Positions 46,675 through 59,506 of a stretch of DNA of 64,000 bases are shown piece after piece. The stretch covers positions 23,374,001-23,438,000 of the forward strand of contig NC_073387.1 of the NCBI RefSeq assembly GCF_028641065.1. The letters are read 5' to 3'. Below the pieces are notes generated by a model. It was not told the origin of the DNA, ran no database searches, and saw only the letters and a program-made list of their open reading frames with translations. Made by a program: the position numbers and the translations under genes. Numbering within the stretch: position 1 is the stretch's first letter; each line of letters opens with the position of its first letter. This stretch comes from Leucoraja erinacea (Eukaryota).

Positions 46675-47980
46675 AATGCACAGTTTCGGTGGTCATGGGG
46701 AATTTCAATATGTAGGTAGACTGGGGAAATCAGGTTGGTACTGAACCCTAAGAGTGGGAATTTGTAGAGTGCCTCCGAGATGGTTTCTTAGAGCAGCTTG
46801 TAGTGGAGCCAGGGAAAAGGCAATTCTTGATTTGATGTTGTGTAATGAACCACATTTGATTAGACAGCTTAAGGTAAAGGACCATCTAGGTAGTGACCAT
46901 AATATGTTCAAATTCAAGCTGCAATTTGAGAGGGATAAGATGACATCAGATGTGATGGTGTTACAGCCAAGCAAAGTGGACTACAGAGGCATGAGGGAGG
47001 AGTTGACTAAAGTTGATTGTAAAGAGATCCTAGCATGAATGATGCTGTAACAGCAATGGCAGGAATTTCTGGGAATAATTCACAGGATCTTTTCATTCCA
47101 AAGAGGAAGAAAGATTCTAACGGGAGAAAGAGCTGACCGTGGCTGACAAGGGAAGTCAAGGACGGTATAAAACTAAAAGAGAAGGCACATATAACATTGC
47201 AAAGATTAGTGGGAAGCCAGAGGATTGGGGTCTTTTAAAAAACGAAAGAAGGTAACTAAAAAAAGGCAATACGGGGAGAAAAGATGAAAGTAAGCTAGCC
47301 AATAATATATAAGAGGATAGCAAAGGTTTCTTCAGATATATAAAGAGTAAGAAAGCGGCAAGAGTGGACATTGGCCCGCTGCAAAATGATGCTGAAGAAG
47401 TGATAATGTGGAATAAAGAAATAGCAGAGTAATTGAATAGCTTGCAGTTCCCAGCTTCTATAGCATTTTGGTGTGTGGGGAGTTTGGTTCCATAGCTCTT
47501 CAGAACACTGTGGTTTGTCTTGGATTTCCTTGGAAGTTTGTGAATACTTGCCGGCTCTGGGCCTGTACTTGCTGGAGTTTAGGATGAGAGAGAATCTCAT
47601 TGAAACATACCGAATAGTGAGAGGCCTGGATAACGTGGATGTGGAGAAGATGTTTCCACTAGTGGGAGAGTCTAGGACCAGAGGGCACAGCCTCAGAATA
47701 AAAGGACGCACCTTTAGAAAGGAGGGGAGGAGGATTTTCTTCAGTCACAGGGTGGTGAATCTGTGGAATTCATTGCCATGGAAGGCTGTGGAGGCCATCA
47801 ATGGGTATTTTTAAAACTGAGATTGACAAGTTCTTGATTATTATGGGTGTCAAAGGTTACGGGGAGAAGGCAGGAGAATTGGGTTGAGAGGGAAAGATAG
47901 CTCAGCCATGATTAAATGGCGGAGTAGACTCAATGGACCAAATGGCCTAATTCTGCTCCTATGATTTTTGAACATGAGTT
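46675..47980 (+). mobile_element. Old, fragmented CR1 LINE
   Basis: AILDLMLCNE, LGSDHN and later LYLLEFR..LIETY..RTRGHSL remnants plus 3' UTR. Confidence 0.8.
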
Positions 47981-48687
47981 TCATCTTTCAGGGAATACAG
48001 ATTAATTTTGTTCTGTTGGAATGGAAGAAATGGTGCAGGTGGTAGAGCCGCTGTCTCACAACACCAGAGATCCAGGTTCGATCCTGACCTCGGTGCTGCC
48101 TGTGTGTGGAGTTTGCACATTCTTTCTGTGACCGTGTGGGTTTCGTGTGGGTGCTCCGGATTCCTCCCACATCCCTAACACATGCGAGTGTGTAGATTAA
48201 TTGGCCCTCTGTAGATTACCCCTACTATGTAGGGAGGGGATGAGAAAATGAGATAATGTTAAACTAGCTGGAATGTGTGAGTGATGGTCGGCGTGGACTC
48301 GGTGGGCCAAAGAGCCTGTCTCCAGGCTGTATCTCGACACAAAACTAAACTGAAATAATGATGGCCAACTTCCCCACACTTCTATAGACTGGCAACTTAT
48401 TCACAACTATCTGGGCATTTGGTACATGTAAAAATTGTCCCTAATGTGTGTAGTGTTAATGGACTGTTCGAACTACTTCCCTCCGGCAGACGTTACAAGG
48501 CCTTCTACGCCCGAACCTCCAGACTCAGAAACAGCTTCATTCCCAGAGCTATAGTGCCCCCCATCCCCACTGGGACTGTCTCCCTCAGATGGTCACGTTG
48601 CACAGTTTATTTATTTTTTATTTTTTTGACATCGGTTGGAAGCTGCATACTAAATCTCGTTGCACTGATGTGCAATGACAATAAAAT

Positions 48688-48688
48688 A

Positions 48689-48767
<79 letters not shown>
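48688..48767 (+). repeat. (TAT)n microsatellite, probably the tail of a LINE 3' fragment (about 48460-48690)
   Basis: Pure TTA run following AATAAA and an LLPSGRRY...RLRNSF peptide. Confidence 0.9.
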
Positions 48768-48769
<2 letters not shown>

Positions 48770-51700
48770 GACATTCAAAGAATAGGAACCACAGATTTAA
48801 TATTTTGGGCAGAATGTACAAGGAACTTGTGGGGGAAAACATTTTTGTAGAAAGGGTGGTTTATTGTGAAAGTCACTGTGTGTAGGGTAGTTACACAGCA
48901 TGGAAACAGGCCCTTCGGCCCATCTCGTCTATGCCGATCATGATGGTCCATTTATACCCCTTCGATTAAACAACAGAATGAGACGGCATGCACAGCAACT
49001 GTGCAACTGTGGAAAATCCCCATCGCACTTCCTCTTTCATTTGAACTCACAAAGAGGATCTGCATAACTTTTCATTGAGTTACAGACACAAAAACAGCAC
49101 AGAACCAGGCCCTTTTGCCCATTGAGTCGGTGCCGACCAGCGACCACCCCATACACTAGCACTATCCTACACATTATGGACAATTTACAATGTTACCAAA
49201 TCCAAATAATCTACAAACCTGCATGTCTTTGGAGTGTGGGAGGAAACTGGAGCACTTGGGGAAAACCCATGCGGTCACAGGCAGCACCCGTAGTCAGGAT
49301 CGAACCTGGGTCTCTGGCGCTGTGAGGCAACAGCTCTACCGCTGCACCACTGTGCAATCCTGTCATTCCAAACCTAGCCCTATCCCAAAAGGACACAAAG
49401 TGCTGGAGTAACTCGACGGGTCATGCAGCATCTCTGGAGAACATGGATAGGTGACGTTTCAGGCCGGGATCCTTCTTCAGACAGATTGTGGGCCATTCTT
49501 GTGCTGCAGTGTTCTATGTTCTATGTTTCTGATCAGTCAGGCCCGAACCCAAAACATCACTGATCCATGTTCTCCAGAGATGCTACCTGACCCCATGAAT
49601 TACTCCAGCATTTTGTGTCCTATTAAAAATAAATGTCCTCGGGATCTTGATTCCCCTACTCTGCGTAACCTTCAGATTCAGATTCAGATTCAGATTCAGA
49701 TTCAGAAAAAACTTTATTGTCTGTCGTAACAGAAAATCTTCTTTGACGTGGCTCAACATACAGACAGGACAATGTACTGATAAGCAGTCATACAACACAG
49801 ATTTCTGCGAGCACACACATCGATCTTAAAAGCAAATATAAAGATTAAAAACTGTAAAAATAGACAAGATAAAAATTGTGGATACGTGTAAAGTGACAAT
49901 GCGTCAGGGTTAATTTGTCCATTGTTCAAACCCGCATGTCTATGCTGACCATGATGCCAACCTCATCTGCCTGCGTATATCTCTCAATTCCCTGCATATC
50001 CACGTGCCTGTCCATAAGTCTCTTAAACACCACTATCGTATCTGCCTCCACCACCAGCCCCCTGGCAGTGCATTCCAGGCACCCACCACCCTCTGTGCCA
50101 AAAAACTAATCTCTTTTAAACTACGCCTGTCTCACCTTTCATCTATGCCCCCTAATCTTTGGGGAAAAGGTTCTGACTGTCTACCCTATCTATGACTCTC
50201 ATAATTTTATAAACCTATTAAGTCTCCCGCAGCCTCCGCCATTCCAGAGAAAATAATCCAAACCTGTCCAATCTCTCCTGAAAGCTAATGTCCTCCAATC
50301 CAGGCAGCATTCTGGTAAACCTTCTTTGCACCCTTTCCAAAGCTTCCACATCTTCCTGTAATTGGGGGGGGGGGGGGGGGGGGGGGCAGAACTACATGCA
50401 ATACCCCAAACATGACCTGACCAAAGTCCTATTGATCTGTACATTCAAGTGCAAAAGAGGAAATGGGTAAAGTCTGAGGTAAACATTCTTGTTTCCATTG
50501 TACTCGACACTTCCGCCCCTAAAGTTGTTCTTCATGAGCTTTTGGTCATGAAATTCAATGGTAAAGCAGATGTTTCCTCTCTGACTGGAATGAAGTGACC
50601 CCTTTGCCACTTTCTCTTGAAGTTCTCTTTTGTTGAGGTTTCACGTTTCCCGTTCCCGTCCTCGCTTCCCGTTTTGTGCGCTGTAGACTGATGTCACACA
50701 CCTCACGACAAACTTAGTAGAGCTGCTGCCTCACAGCGCCAGAGACCGGGGTTCGATCCTAACTACGGGTGCTGTCTGGGTGTTGTTTGTGCCTTCTCCC
50801 CGTGACTGCGTGGGCTTTCTCCGGGTGCTTCGGTTTCCTCCCACACTCCAAAGGCATGTGGGTTTGCAGAATAATTGGCTTCTGTAAAAACTGTAAATTG
50901 TCCCTAGTGTGTAGGATAGTGCTAGCATGCAGGATAATCGCTGGTTGGTGGGGACTCAGTGGGCCAAAGAGCCTGTTTCTGTTCTGTATCTCTAAAGGCT
51001 GAAGTCATAAAGGGGGCAGAGGGCAGTGTGGAGACCATTCAGTCCCTCCAGCCCATGCTATAATTCAACCAACTCGAGGTTGGTCTGCATTCTAACACCA
51101 ATTAGTCTTATATTCCTGTAGGCAACCTTTTAGCAAAGATCAACCCTTCAGGCGAAACATCCATTCTGACCAAGTTGCCCCAACTAAGCTAGTGTCATTT
51201 GCCAGCATTTGGCCCGTATCCCTCGAAACATTTCCTGTTCATGTACCTGGACTTTTCGTCCTGACCGCCCATCGGGCAACTGACCCATCCTATCACCAAC
51301 TAGAGAGCGGTCCTGACCTCATTGTAAACCTTTAAACTATCTTTAATCGGACTTTATCTTGCACTAAACATTATCTCCTTTACCCTGCATCTGTACACTG
51401 TGGACGGCTCGATTGTGATCATGTATTGTCTTTCTGCTGACTGGTCAACAAGCAACAAAAAGCTTTTCACTGTACCTTGGTACACGTGACAATAAACTAA
51501 ACTCAAACTAAACTTGAGGGTATTACCTTGTACTTTATCATCCACTCCCTACACACCAGGGGATAAATTATAGAGGGCCAATTCACCTGCAATCCTGCAC
51601 GTCTTTGCAATGTGGGAAGAAACCGGAGCACTCGGACAAAACCCACCTGGTCCCAGGGAGAACGTGAAAACTCCACACAATCAGCACCTGAGGTCAGGGT

Positions 51701-52403
51701 TGAACCCGGGTCTTTGGCGCTGTTCAGATTCAGATTCAATCTTTATTGTCATTGTGCAGTGTACTGTACAGAGACAACGAAATGCAGTTAGCATCTCCCC
51801 AGAGGAGCGAACATAGAATAATGAGCAATAAATATATATACGTACATACAGACAGCAACTCTACTGGCTGTGCCACTGTGCTGCTTAAACTAAAGTAGTA
51901 CTGAAGAGATCAATAGGAATTGGTTGGTGGGGCCTAAGGACCTGTCGCTTGAGAGGTGGCAATGGAGAAATTGATGCGTTCTAATTTAGTTTAGTTTAGT
52001 TTATTGTCACATGTACCGAGGTACGTTAAAAAGCTTCATTGTTGCATGCTATCCAGTAGCCTGAGGGTCATCTTCCCAAATTCCATGGATTTGAGAACAG
52101 ATCCGACAGATTAGGAGGCAGCAAGTGGAGCACGACAATTTAATAAAAAGGAAGACAGAAAATGAGGAAGTGCGGTCCTGTCCACGAGCAAATGGTGGAA
52201 TTCACCAACACGGAACTGGTTTCAGGGCCCTAATCGGGTTAGCGAGAGGCAACATGATAGGGAAAACATGTTCAACAAACCTATTCAAGCTTCGCCGAAC
52301 ACTTGCGCTCGGTCCATCAAGGCCCGCTGGTTATCCCGGTGCAACGAGATATCCCGTCTACCACGAACATCCCTGCCAGAGATCGTCTATTGTTGGCCTT
52401 GAT

Positions 52404-54752
52404 TTCAGATTCAGATTCAGATTCAGATTCAATTTTAATTGTCATTGTCAGTGTACAGTACAGAGACAACGAAATGCATTTAGCATCTCCCTTGAAGAGC
52501 GACATAGCAAACGATTTGAATAAAAAAATAATAAGTATCCGGGGGGGGGGGGGGTGGGTGATTGGTAGTCACCGAGGTACGTTGTTGAGTAGAGTGACAG
52601 CCGCCGGAAAGAAGCTGTTCCTCGACCTGCTGGTTCGGCAACGGAGAGACCTGTAGCGCCTCCCGGATGGTAGGAGGGTAAACAGTCCATGGTTGGGGTG
52701 AGAGCAGTCCTTGGCGATGCTGAGCGCCCTCCACAGACAGCGCTTGCTTTGGACAGACTCAATGGAGGGGAGCGTGGAACCGGTGATGCGTTGGGCAATT
52801 TTCACCACCCTCTGCAATGCCTCCCGGTCGGAGACAGAGCAGTTGCCATACCATACTGTGATGCAGTTGGTAAGGATGCTCTCGATGGTGCAGCGGTAGA
52901 AGTTCACCAGGATCTGAGGAGACAGATGGACCTTCTTCAGTCTCCTCAGGAAGAAGAGACGCTGATGAGCCTTCTTGATCAGAGTAGAGGTATTGTGGGT
53001 CCAAGAGAGGTCATCGGAGATGTTGACTCCCAGGAACCTGAAGCTAGAAACACGTTCCACCTCCGTCCCGTTAATGTGGATGGGGGTGTGTGTGCCGCCT
53101 CTGGACTTCCTGAAGTCAACAATGAGCTCCTTGGTCTTCTTGGAGTTAAGGGCCAGGTTGTTGTCAGCGCACCATGCTGCTAAGTGCTGGACCTCCTCCC
53201 TGTAGGCCAGTTCATCGTTGTTGCTGATGAGGCCAATCACCGTTGTATCATCTGCATACTTGATGATGGTGTTAGTACCATGTACAGGTGTGCAGTCATA
53301 GGTGAAGAGGGGGGGGGCTCAGCACACAGCCCTGAGGAACGCCGGTGTTCAGGGTGAGGGTTGAAGAGGTGTGCTTGTCTAACCTCACAGACTGGGGTCT
53401 GTTGTTTAGAAAGTCCAGTATCCAGTTGCAGAGGGAGGGGTCGATGCCCAGGTTACCGAGTTTGGTGATCAGTTTTGATGGAATAATGGTGTTGAATGCT
53501 GAGCTGTAATCGATGAACAGCATTCTTACATAAGTGTCTCTGTTGTTGAGGTGGGAGAGAGCGGAGTGAAGTGCCGTTGAGATGGCATCCTCCGTACTCC
53601 TGTTCTTGTGGTAGGCAAACTGATAGGGATCCCGTGTGGGGGGTAGGCAGCTTTTGAGGTGTGCCAGGACCAGCCTCTCGAAGCACTTGGTGATGATGGG
53701 GGTAAGTGCAACTGGGCGGAAGTCGTTGAGGCTTGCCGCAGTAGAGTGTTTTGGCACTGGCACGATGGAGGTGGCTTTAAGGCAAGTGGGGACAACTGCT
53801 TGGGCAAGTGACAGGTTGAAGATGTCAGTCCAGACGTCTGTCAGCTGCGCAGCACAGGCACTGAGCACGCGCCCGGGGATGCCGTCAGGGCCAGCAGCCT
53901 TACGTGCATTAGTCCTACTCAGTGCCATGTACACGTCGTAGGGGGTGAGTGTGAGGGGTTGGTGATCGGCAGGTAGCACAGCCTTGATGGCTGTCTCTAG
54001 ATTGTCCCTGTCGAAGCGGCAATAGAAGTGATTAAGCTCCTCAAGGAAGGAGGCGTCGCTGGATGTGGGGGTGATGTTGGAGGGTCTGTAGTCCGTGATG
54101 GCCTGGATGCCTTGCCACATGCGTCGGGGGTCGGAGTTGTTGTTGAAGTGCTCCTCAATCCTGAGCTTATGGCAGTGCTTGGCCTTCCTGATGCCCCTCT
54201 TCAGGTTAGCCCTGGATGAACTGTAGGCTCGAGCATCGCCTGACCTGAAAGCGGTGTCCCGTGCTTTCAGCAGTAGCCTGACCTCGCTGTTCATCCATGG
54301 CTTCTGATTCGGGTATATGGTCACCTGTTTGAGGGAGGTGACACTATTGATGGTGGAGTTTATAAAGTCCAGAACAGAGGATGTATAGGAATCAATGTCC
54401 GTGTGAGAGTCAAGGGTGGCCTGGGCTGCAAACGCCTTCCAGTCAGTGTTTCCAAAACACTGCTGAAGTGTGAAGTCCGCTTCCTCTGACCAGACTTTAA
54501 CTGTCCTTACAGTTGGTTTAACCCGTCTGATGAGTGGGGAGTACTTAGGGAGCAGGAACAATGAGACGTGATCAGACTGACCAAGGTGGGGGAGGGGGAT
54601 GGCTTTGTAAGCTTCAGCCATGTTGGTGTAGACTTTGTCCAGTGTCTTGTCTACTCTAGTGGGGAAGGATACATGTTGGTGGAATTTGGGGAGTACAGTC
54701 TTCAGGTTGGAGTGATTGAAGTCACCCGCAACAATGAAGGCTGCCTCGGGGT
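52404..54752 (-). mobile_element. 5'-truncated Rex1/Babar-type LINE with (TGAATC)n tail
   Basis: AGDFNH, TLDKVY, SDH, KAAGPDG, DPYQFAY, FIDYSSAFNTI, GVPQG; frameshift in the G-run near 53310; continues in ORF 52569-53240. Short copies with the same tail at about 49671 and 51723. Confidence 0.92.
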
Positions 54753-57700
54753 TCTGGTCTTTTCTGGTCTTTGTTCTGGTCTTTTCTTGCTTCCAGTTCT
54801 CCTCCACTACACAGTCTGAAGTAGGGTCCCGACCCGAAAAGTCACCTATCCATGTTCTCCGCTGATGATGTCCGACCCGCTGAGTTACTCCAGCACTTTG
54901 TGTTCTTTTGTGCAAACTGGCGTCTGCAGTCCCTTGTCGACATAAACTGGAGGCAAGAAAAGGCCTGAACAAATGGTTCATATATTGTCCCATTGTCAGC
55001 TTGGAAACAGTGATAACGTGAGGAATACAAGGATCCAAACAGTGGACTAGGGTGGGGAAGGGGGGGAGGATGTGAGGGAGGGGGGGGAAGGGGGGGGAGA
55101 GGTGAGGGGAGGCAATGCAGGAGTCACTTGAAATTGGGGAAATCAACGTTCACACCATTTGGTTGTAAGGTGCTCAAGCAAAATATGAGGTGCTGTTCCT
55201 CCAATTTGCGCTGGGCCTCACTCTGACAGAGGAGGAGGCCCAGGACAGAAAGGTCAGTGTGGGAATGACCTATGTGAAAGGGAGTTCTGCTTAACCTGCT
55301 GAACTACTCCAGCACAAAAGTTTCTGTCTTTCTGTGCAATAACCAGCATCTGCGGTTCCTTGTTTCTACGGCAACCAAGGCAGTTCCATGCAGCCAATAC
55401 TTTCAACGAAACACAGTCACCACCTTGAGTCGAAGTAATGTCACGCCAGTTGGCCTGTTCCACTTTTCCATGTTTTTAAAACATTTTTAAAAGCAGCAGA
55501 GCTGCTGCCTCACAGCGCCAGAGACCCAGGTTCGACCCTGACTACGTGTGCTGTCTGTATGGAGTTTGTACGTTCTCCCTGTGACCGTGTGGATTTTCTC
55601 CAGGTGCTCTGGTTTCTTCCCACTCTCCAAAGATGTGCAGGTTTGCAGGCAAGATGCAGGCCACGTTCGCTCCATGCACTCGGGCCTCTTGTTGCGGCCC
55701 CCGGTCCAGGTGAGCCCCAGGCTGCTGCAGGTTCTCCAGCGGCCCACTCCACCATCGAGGCCATGCACTACCTCCTGCAGCCAGTCTGCTTGCTGGCCCT
55801 CTGCTCCTTGTGCCTGCCATCTTGGATATCTTCGGGCCTTTATTCCAGAGTCTGCCACCATGACCGACTCCCTCCACCCTTCTCTTTGGTTCCCTGTCTT
55901 CAGGGGGTGTGCAGGGGCTATAAGGTCATAGGGTCAGAAGTGAAAGTAGTAGAATTAGGCCATTTGGCCCATCAAATCTCCTCTGTCGTTCAATCATGGC
56001 TGATCTATCTCTCCCTCCTAACCCCATTCTCCTGTCTTCTTCCCGTAACCGCTGACACCTGAAGGGCCGGGCTCGGTGGTTCCGCTGCAGGGGGGGGGGG
56101 GACCAGGCCTGTGTCGGGGTATAGCCACGCTCGCCACGGAAGTGTTTGTGGGACCGATCTCGAGCGTTGAGCTCGAGGGTCTGTCCATATTCATCCCTGG
56201 TGCTGGCAAATCTTCACCAGCAGGTGGAGCAACAGGCCCACAAAACAACTACAACTCCTCTTCCCAGACACTGTTTAAACATCGACACAAAGTGCTGGAG
56301 TAGCACACCGGGTCCAGACCCAAAATGTCATCTACACATTTTCTTCAAAGATGCTGCCTGACCCGCTGAGTTAGTCCAGCATTTGTGTCTTTTTTTGTAA
56401 ACCAGCATCTGCAGTTCCTTATTTCTACAATGAGATGCAATATGAGAGGCTAGCTTATGTTCATAAATTCTAGGAGCAGAATTAGGCCATTCAGCTACTC
56501 CGCCATTCAATCTTGGCTGATCTATATTTCCCTCTCAACTCTATTCTCCTGCCTTCTACCCATAACCCTTGACACCTGAACTAATCAATAACCTATCAAT
56601 CTCCGCTTTAAAAATACCCAAAGACTTGGCCTTCACAGCTGTCTGTGGTTGGGTACAATGGTTAGCATGGACAGGATGGGCTGAAGGGCCAGTTCTGTGC
56701 CGTCTAGCTCTATAATCCTAAGAGTGACATTTGAATTCACCTTTCTTCATAACATGAAACTGATGCTTTCTCTGACTGGCGAATGTACTCACGTCCATAG
56801 GAACCCTCTAATCATTGACTCCATCTACACCACACTGCCTCGGCAAGGCCACCAGCATCATCAATCACCGGTCTCACTCCCGCTCACTCCCTCTTCTCCC
56901 CTCTCCCATCAGGCAAGAGGTACATGAAAACACACATCTCCAGATTCAGGAACAGTTTCTTCCCAGCTGTTATCAAGCAACTGAACCATCCTATGACCAA
57001 CTGGAGAACGGTCCTGACCTCCCAGCTACCTCAATAGAGACCTTGGACCAACTTTAATCTATACTGGATTTTATCCTGCACCAAATGCTATTCCATTTAT
57101 CCTGTATCTGTACACTGTAAATGGCATGATTCTAATCATGTATAGTCAATCCGCTGACTGGATAGCATGCAACGAAAAGCTTCTCACTGTAACTCAGTAC
57201 ATGTGACAAACTATACTAAACAAAATTAATCTAAACTTGTCTTTTCGCTGACTGGATAGTACATACCAAAAATCGTTTCACTGTACCTCGGTGTGCGTGA
57301 CATAGCATCATAGAGTCATAGAGACATGCAGCATGGAAACAGGGCGTTAGGCCCACCTTGCCCACACCAACCAACATGTCCCATCTACACCGGTCCCACC
57401 TGTCTGCATTTGGCCCATATCTCTCTAAACCTGTCCTAACCATGTACCTGTCCAAATGTTTCTTAAACGTTGCGATAGTGCCTGCCACAACCACCTCCTC
57501 CAGCTGCTCATTCCATACACCCACCACCCTCTGTGTGAAAAAGCTACCCCTCAGACTCCTATAAAATCTTTTCCCCTTCATAAACCTATTCTCTGTTTCT
57601 CGATTTCCCTACTCCGGGCAGGAGACTCTGGGCATCGACCCGCTCTATTCATCTCGTGAATCTTGGACAACTCTATAAGATCACTTCTCATCATCCTGCG

Positions 57701-58458
57701 CTCCAGGAAATAATGCCCTAGCCTCTCCCCCGTGTCCTGGAAATATCCTCAATAATCTTCTCTGCACCCTTTCCAACATCTTTCCTATAACATGGTGCCC
57801 AGAACTGAACACAATACTTTAAATGCTGTTATAAATAATAAACTAAACGAAACTAGTCTTTCCGCTGACTGGATAGCACGTAACAAAAACATTTTTCACT
57901 GTACCTCGGTACACGTGACAATAAACTAAAATAAGACAAACTAGCTGTCTTCAAATGAATTGTGCATCCACTGTTCGGAGAGGGAGTCTGAGGCTCCGTC
58001 TCATTGACACTAATAATTTTTCTTCCGACTTCTTTCTGAAGTAGATGAGTCACTGATTAATTAAAAACTGTGATTATGCTTTACATTCTTACAAGCCACA
58101 AGGTTAAACCTGTGACAATGCACACACAGAAAAAAACCCTCACTGCATTACCATATAGTTGTGCAGCACTGGGATTAATAAAGGTATGAAAGATAAAAGC
58201 CTGACAGCAGATTCCATGAAGCCTCCCCCTGGAATGAATCTCACAAAATATATTTGAGAACTTAACCACATTTCCAAAAAAATAGTTTCCATGGAAACAG
58301 GCCCTTCAGCCCACCGAGTCCACGTCGACTATAGATCCACTCCCTACCCACGAGGAGGCCATTTACAGAGGGTCTCTAGAGAGACCAGCTTCGCTGAGTC
58401 TTAATCAGCTTCGACCCTCCATTAACTCTGATTAGCCATTGTAACTAACAGTTTATTA

Positions 58459-58658
58459 CAGATGCTCCCCGATTTACGATGTTTCGATTTACGATATTTC
58501 AACTTTACGATGGTGCAGATGCTGGGCAACGGCAGCGAGCAGCACATCACTTCCGGGCACGTGATTACATTACATTAAATGCGTCTTTGACTTATGATAT
58601 TTTCGATTTACGATTGGTTTATCGGAACGTAACCCCATCGTAGGTCGAGGAACAGCTG
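58459..58658. mobile_element. Tigger/pogo-like (Tc1/mariner) MITE
   Basis: TA-CAGATGCTCCCCGATTTACGATG ... CATCGTAGGTCGAGGAACAGCTG imperfect TIRs. Confidence 0.7.
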
Positions 58659-58759
58659 AATTTCATTTGTACCTATTAACTGCTCATTTTGCAATGAGCC
58701 TACAAGCCTGAAGCTCTGCGTGTAGAAACGTTGCCTCATAGTGCCAAATACAGTGGTTC

Positions 58760-59360
58760 AATGTGTTTGTTTGTGCGGTTGTGTGTGTGCGTCTACGTAT
58801 GTGCCTGTGTGTGTGTGTGTTTGTGTGCGTGTGTGTTTGTGTGTGTGTCTATGTTTACGTCTGCACGTGCGGGTGTGTATGTGTACTTGTGTGCGTGTGT
58901 GTCTATGTTTACGTCTGCACGTGCGGGTGTGTGTATGTACTGGTGTGTGTGTCCATGTTTATGTCTGCACGTGCGGGTGTGTATGTGTACTTGTGTGCGT
59001 GTGTGTGTCCATGTTTATGTCTGCACGTGCGTGTGTGTGTATGTACTGGTGTGTGTGTGTGTGTGTGTGTGTATCCATGTTTATGTCTGCACGTGCGTGT
59101 GTGTGTGTGTACTGGTGTGCGTGTGTGTATCCATGTTTATGTCTGCACGTGCGTGTGTGTGTGTGTACTGGTGTGTGTGTGTGTCCATGTTTATACCTGC
59201 ACGTGCGGGTGTGTATGTGTACCTGTGTGTGTGTGTGTGTGTGTCCATGTTTATACCTGCACGTGCGTGTGCGTGTGTGTGTGTGTCCATCTTTATACCT
59301 GCACGTGCGTATGTGTGTGTGTACTGGTGTGTGTGTGTACTGGTGTGTGTGTGTGGTAGA
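58760..59360. repeat. TG-rich compound minisatellite (about 50-65 bp units)
   Basis: Recurrent gtccatgtttatgtctgcacgtgc core separated by (TG)n. Confidence 0.9.
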
Positions 59361-59469
59361 GAAAATGGGCGGAAGGGCCTGTTTTGTTTTACTCATTGAG
59401 ATATTGTGTATGCATGTGTCTGCATGTGTCTGCCTGTGTGTGCGTGTGTTTGTCTGTGTGCATATGTTC

Positions 59470-59506
<37 letters not shown>

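Noticed and set aside
48419-48842. Poly-Tyr / poly-Asn ORFs
   Set aside because: (TAT)n microsatellite at a LINE tail.
53296-55146. 616-aa ORF as a single protein
   Set aside because: The N-terminal ~130 aa is read-through from Penelope-derived repeat; only the part below about 54752 is Rex1 ORF.
57853-58053. Minus-strand ORF/exon KEVGRKIISVNETEPQTPSP
   Set aside because: No convincing donor and no recognisable homology.
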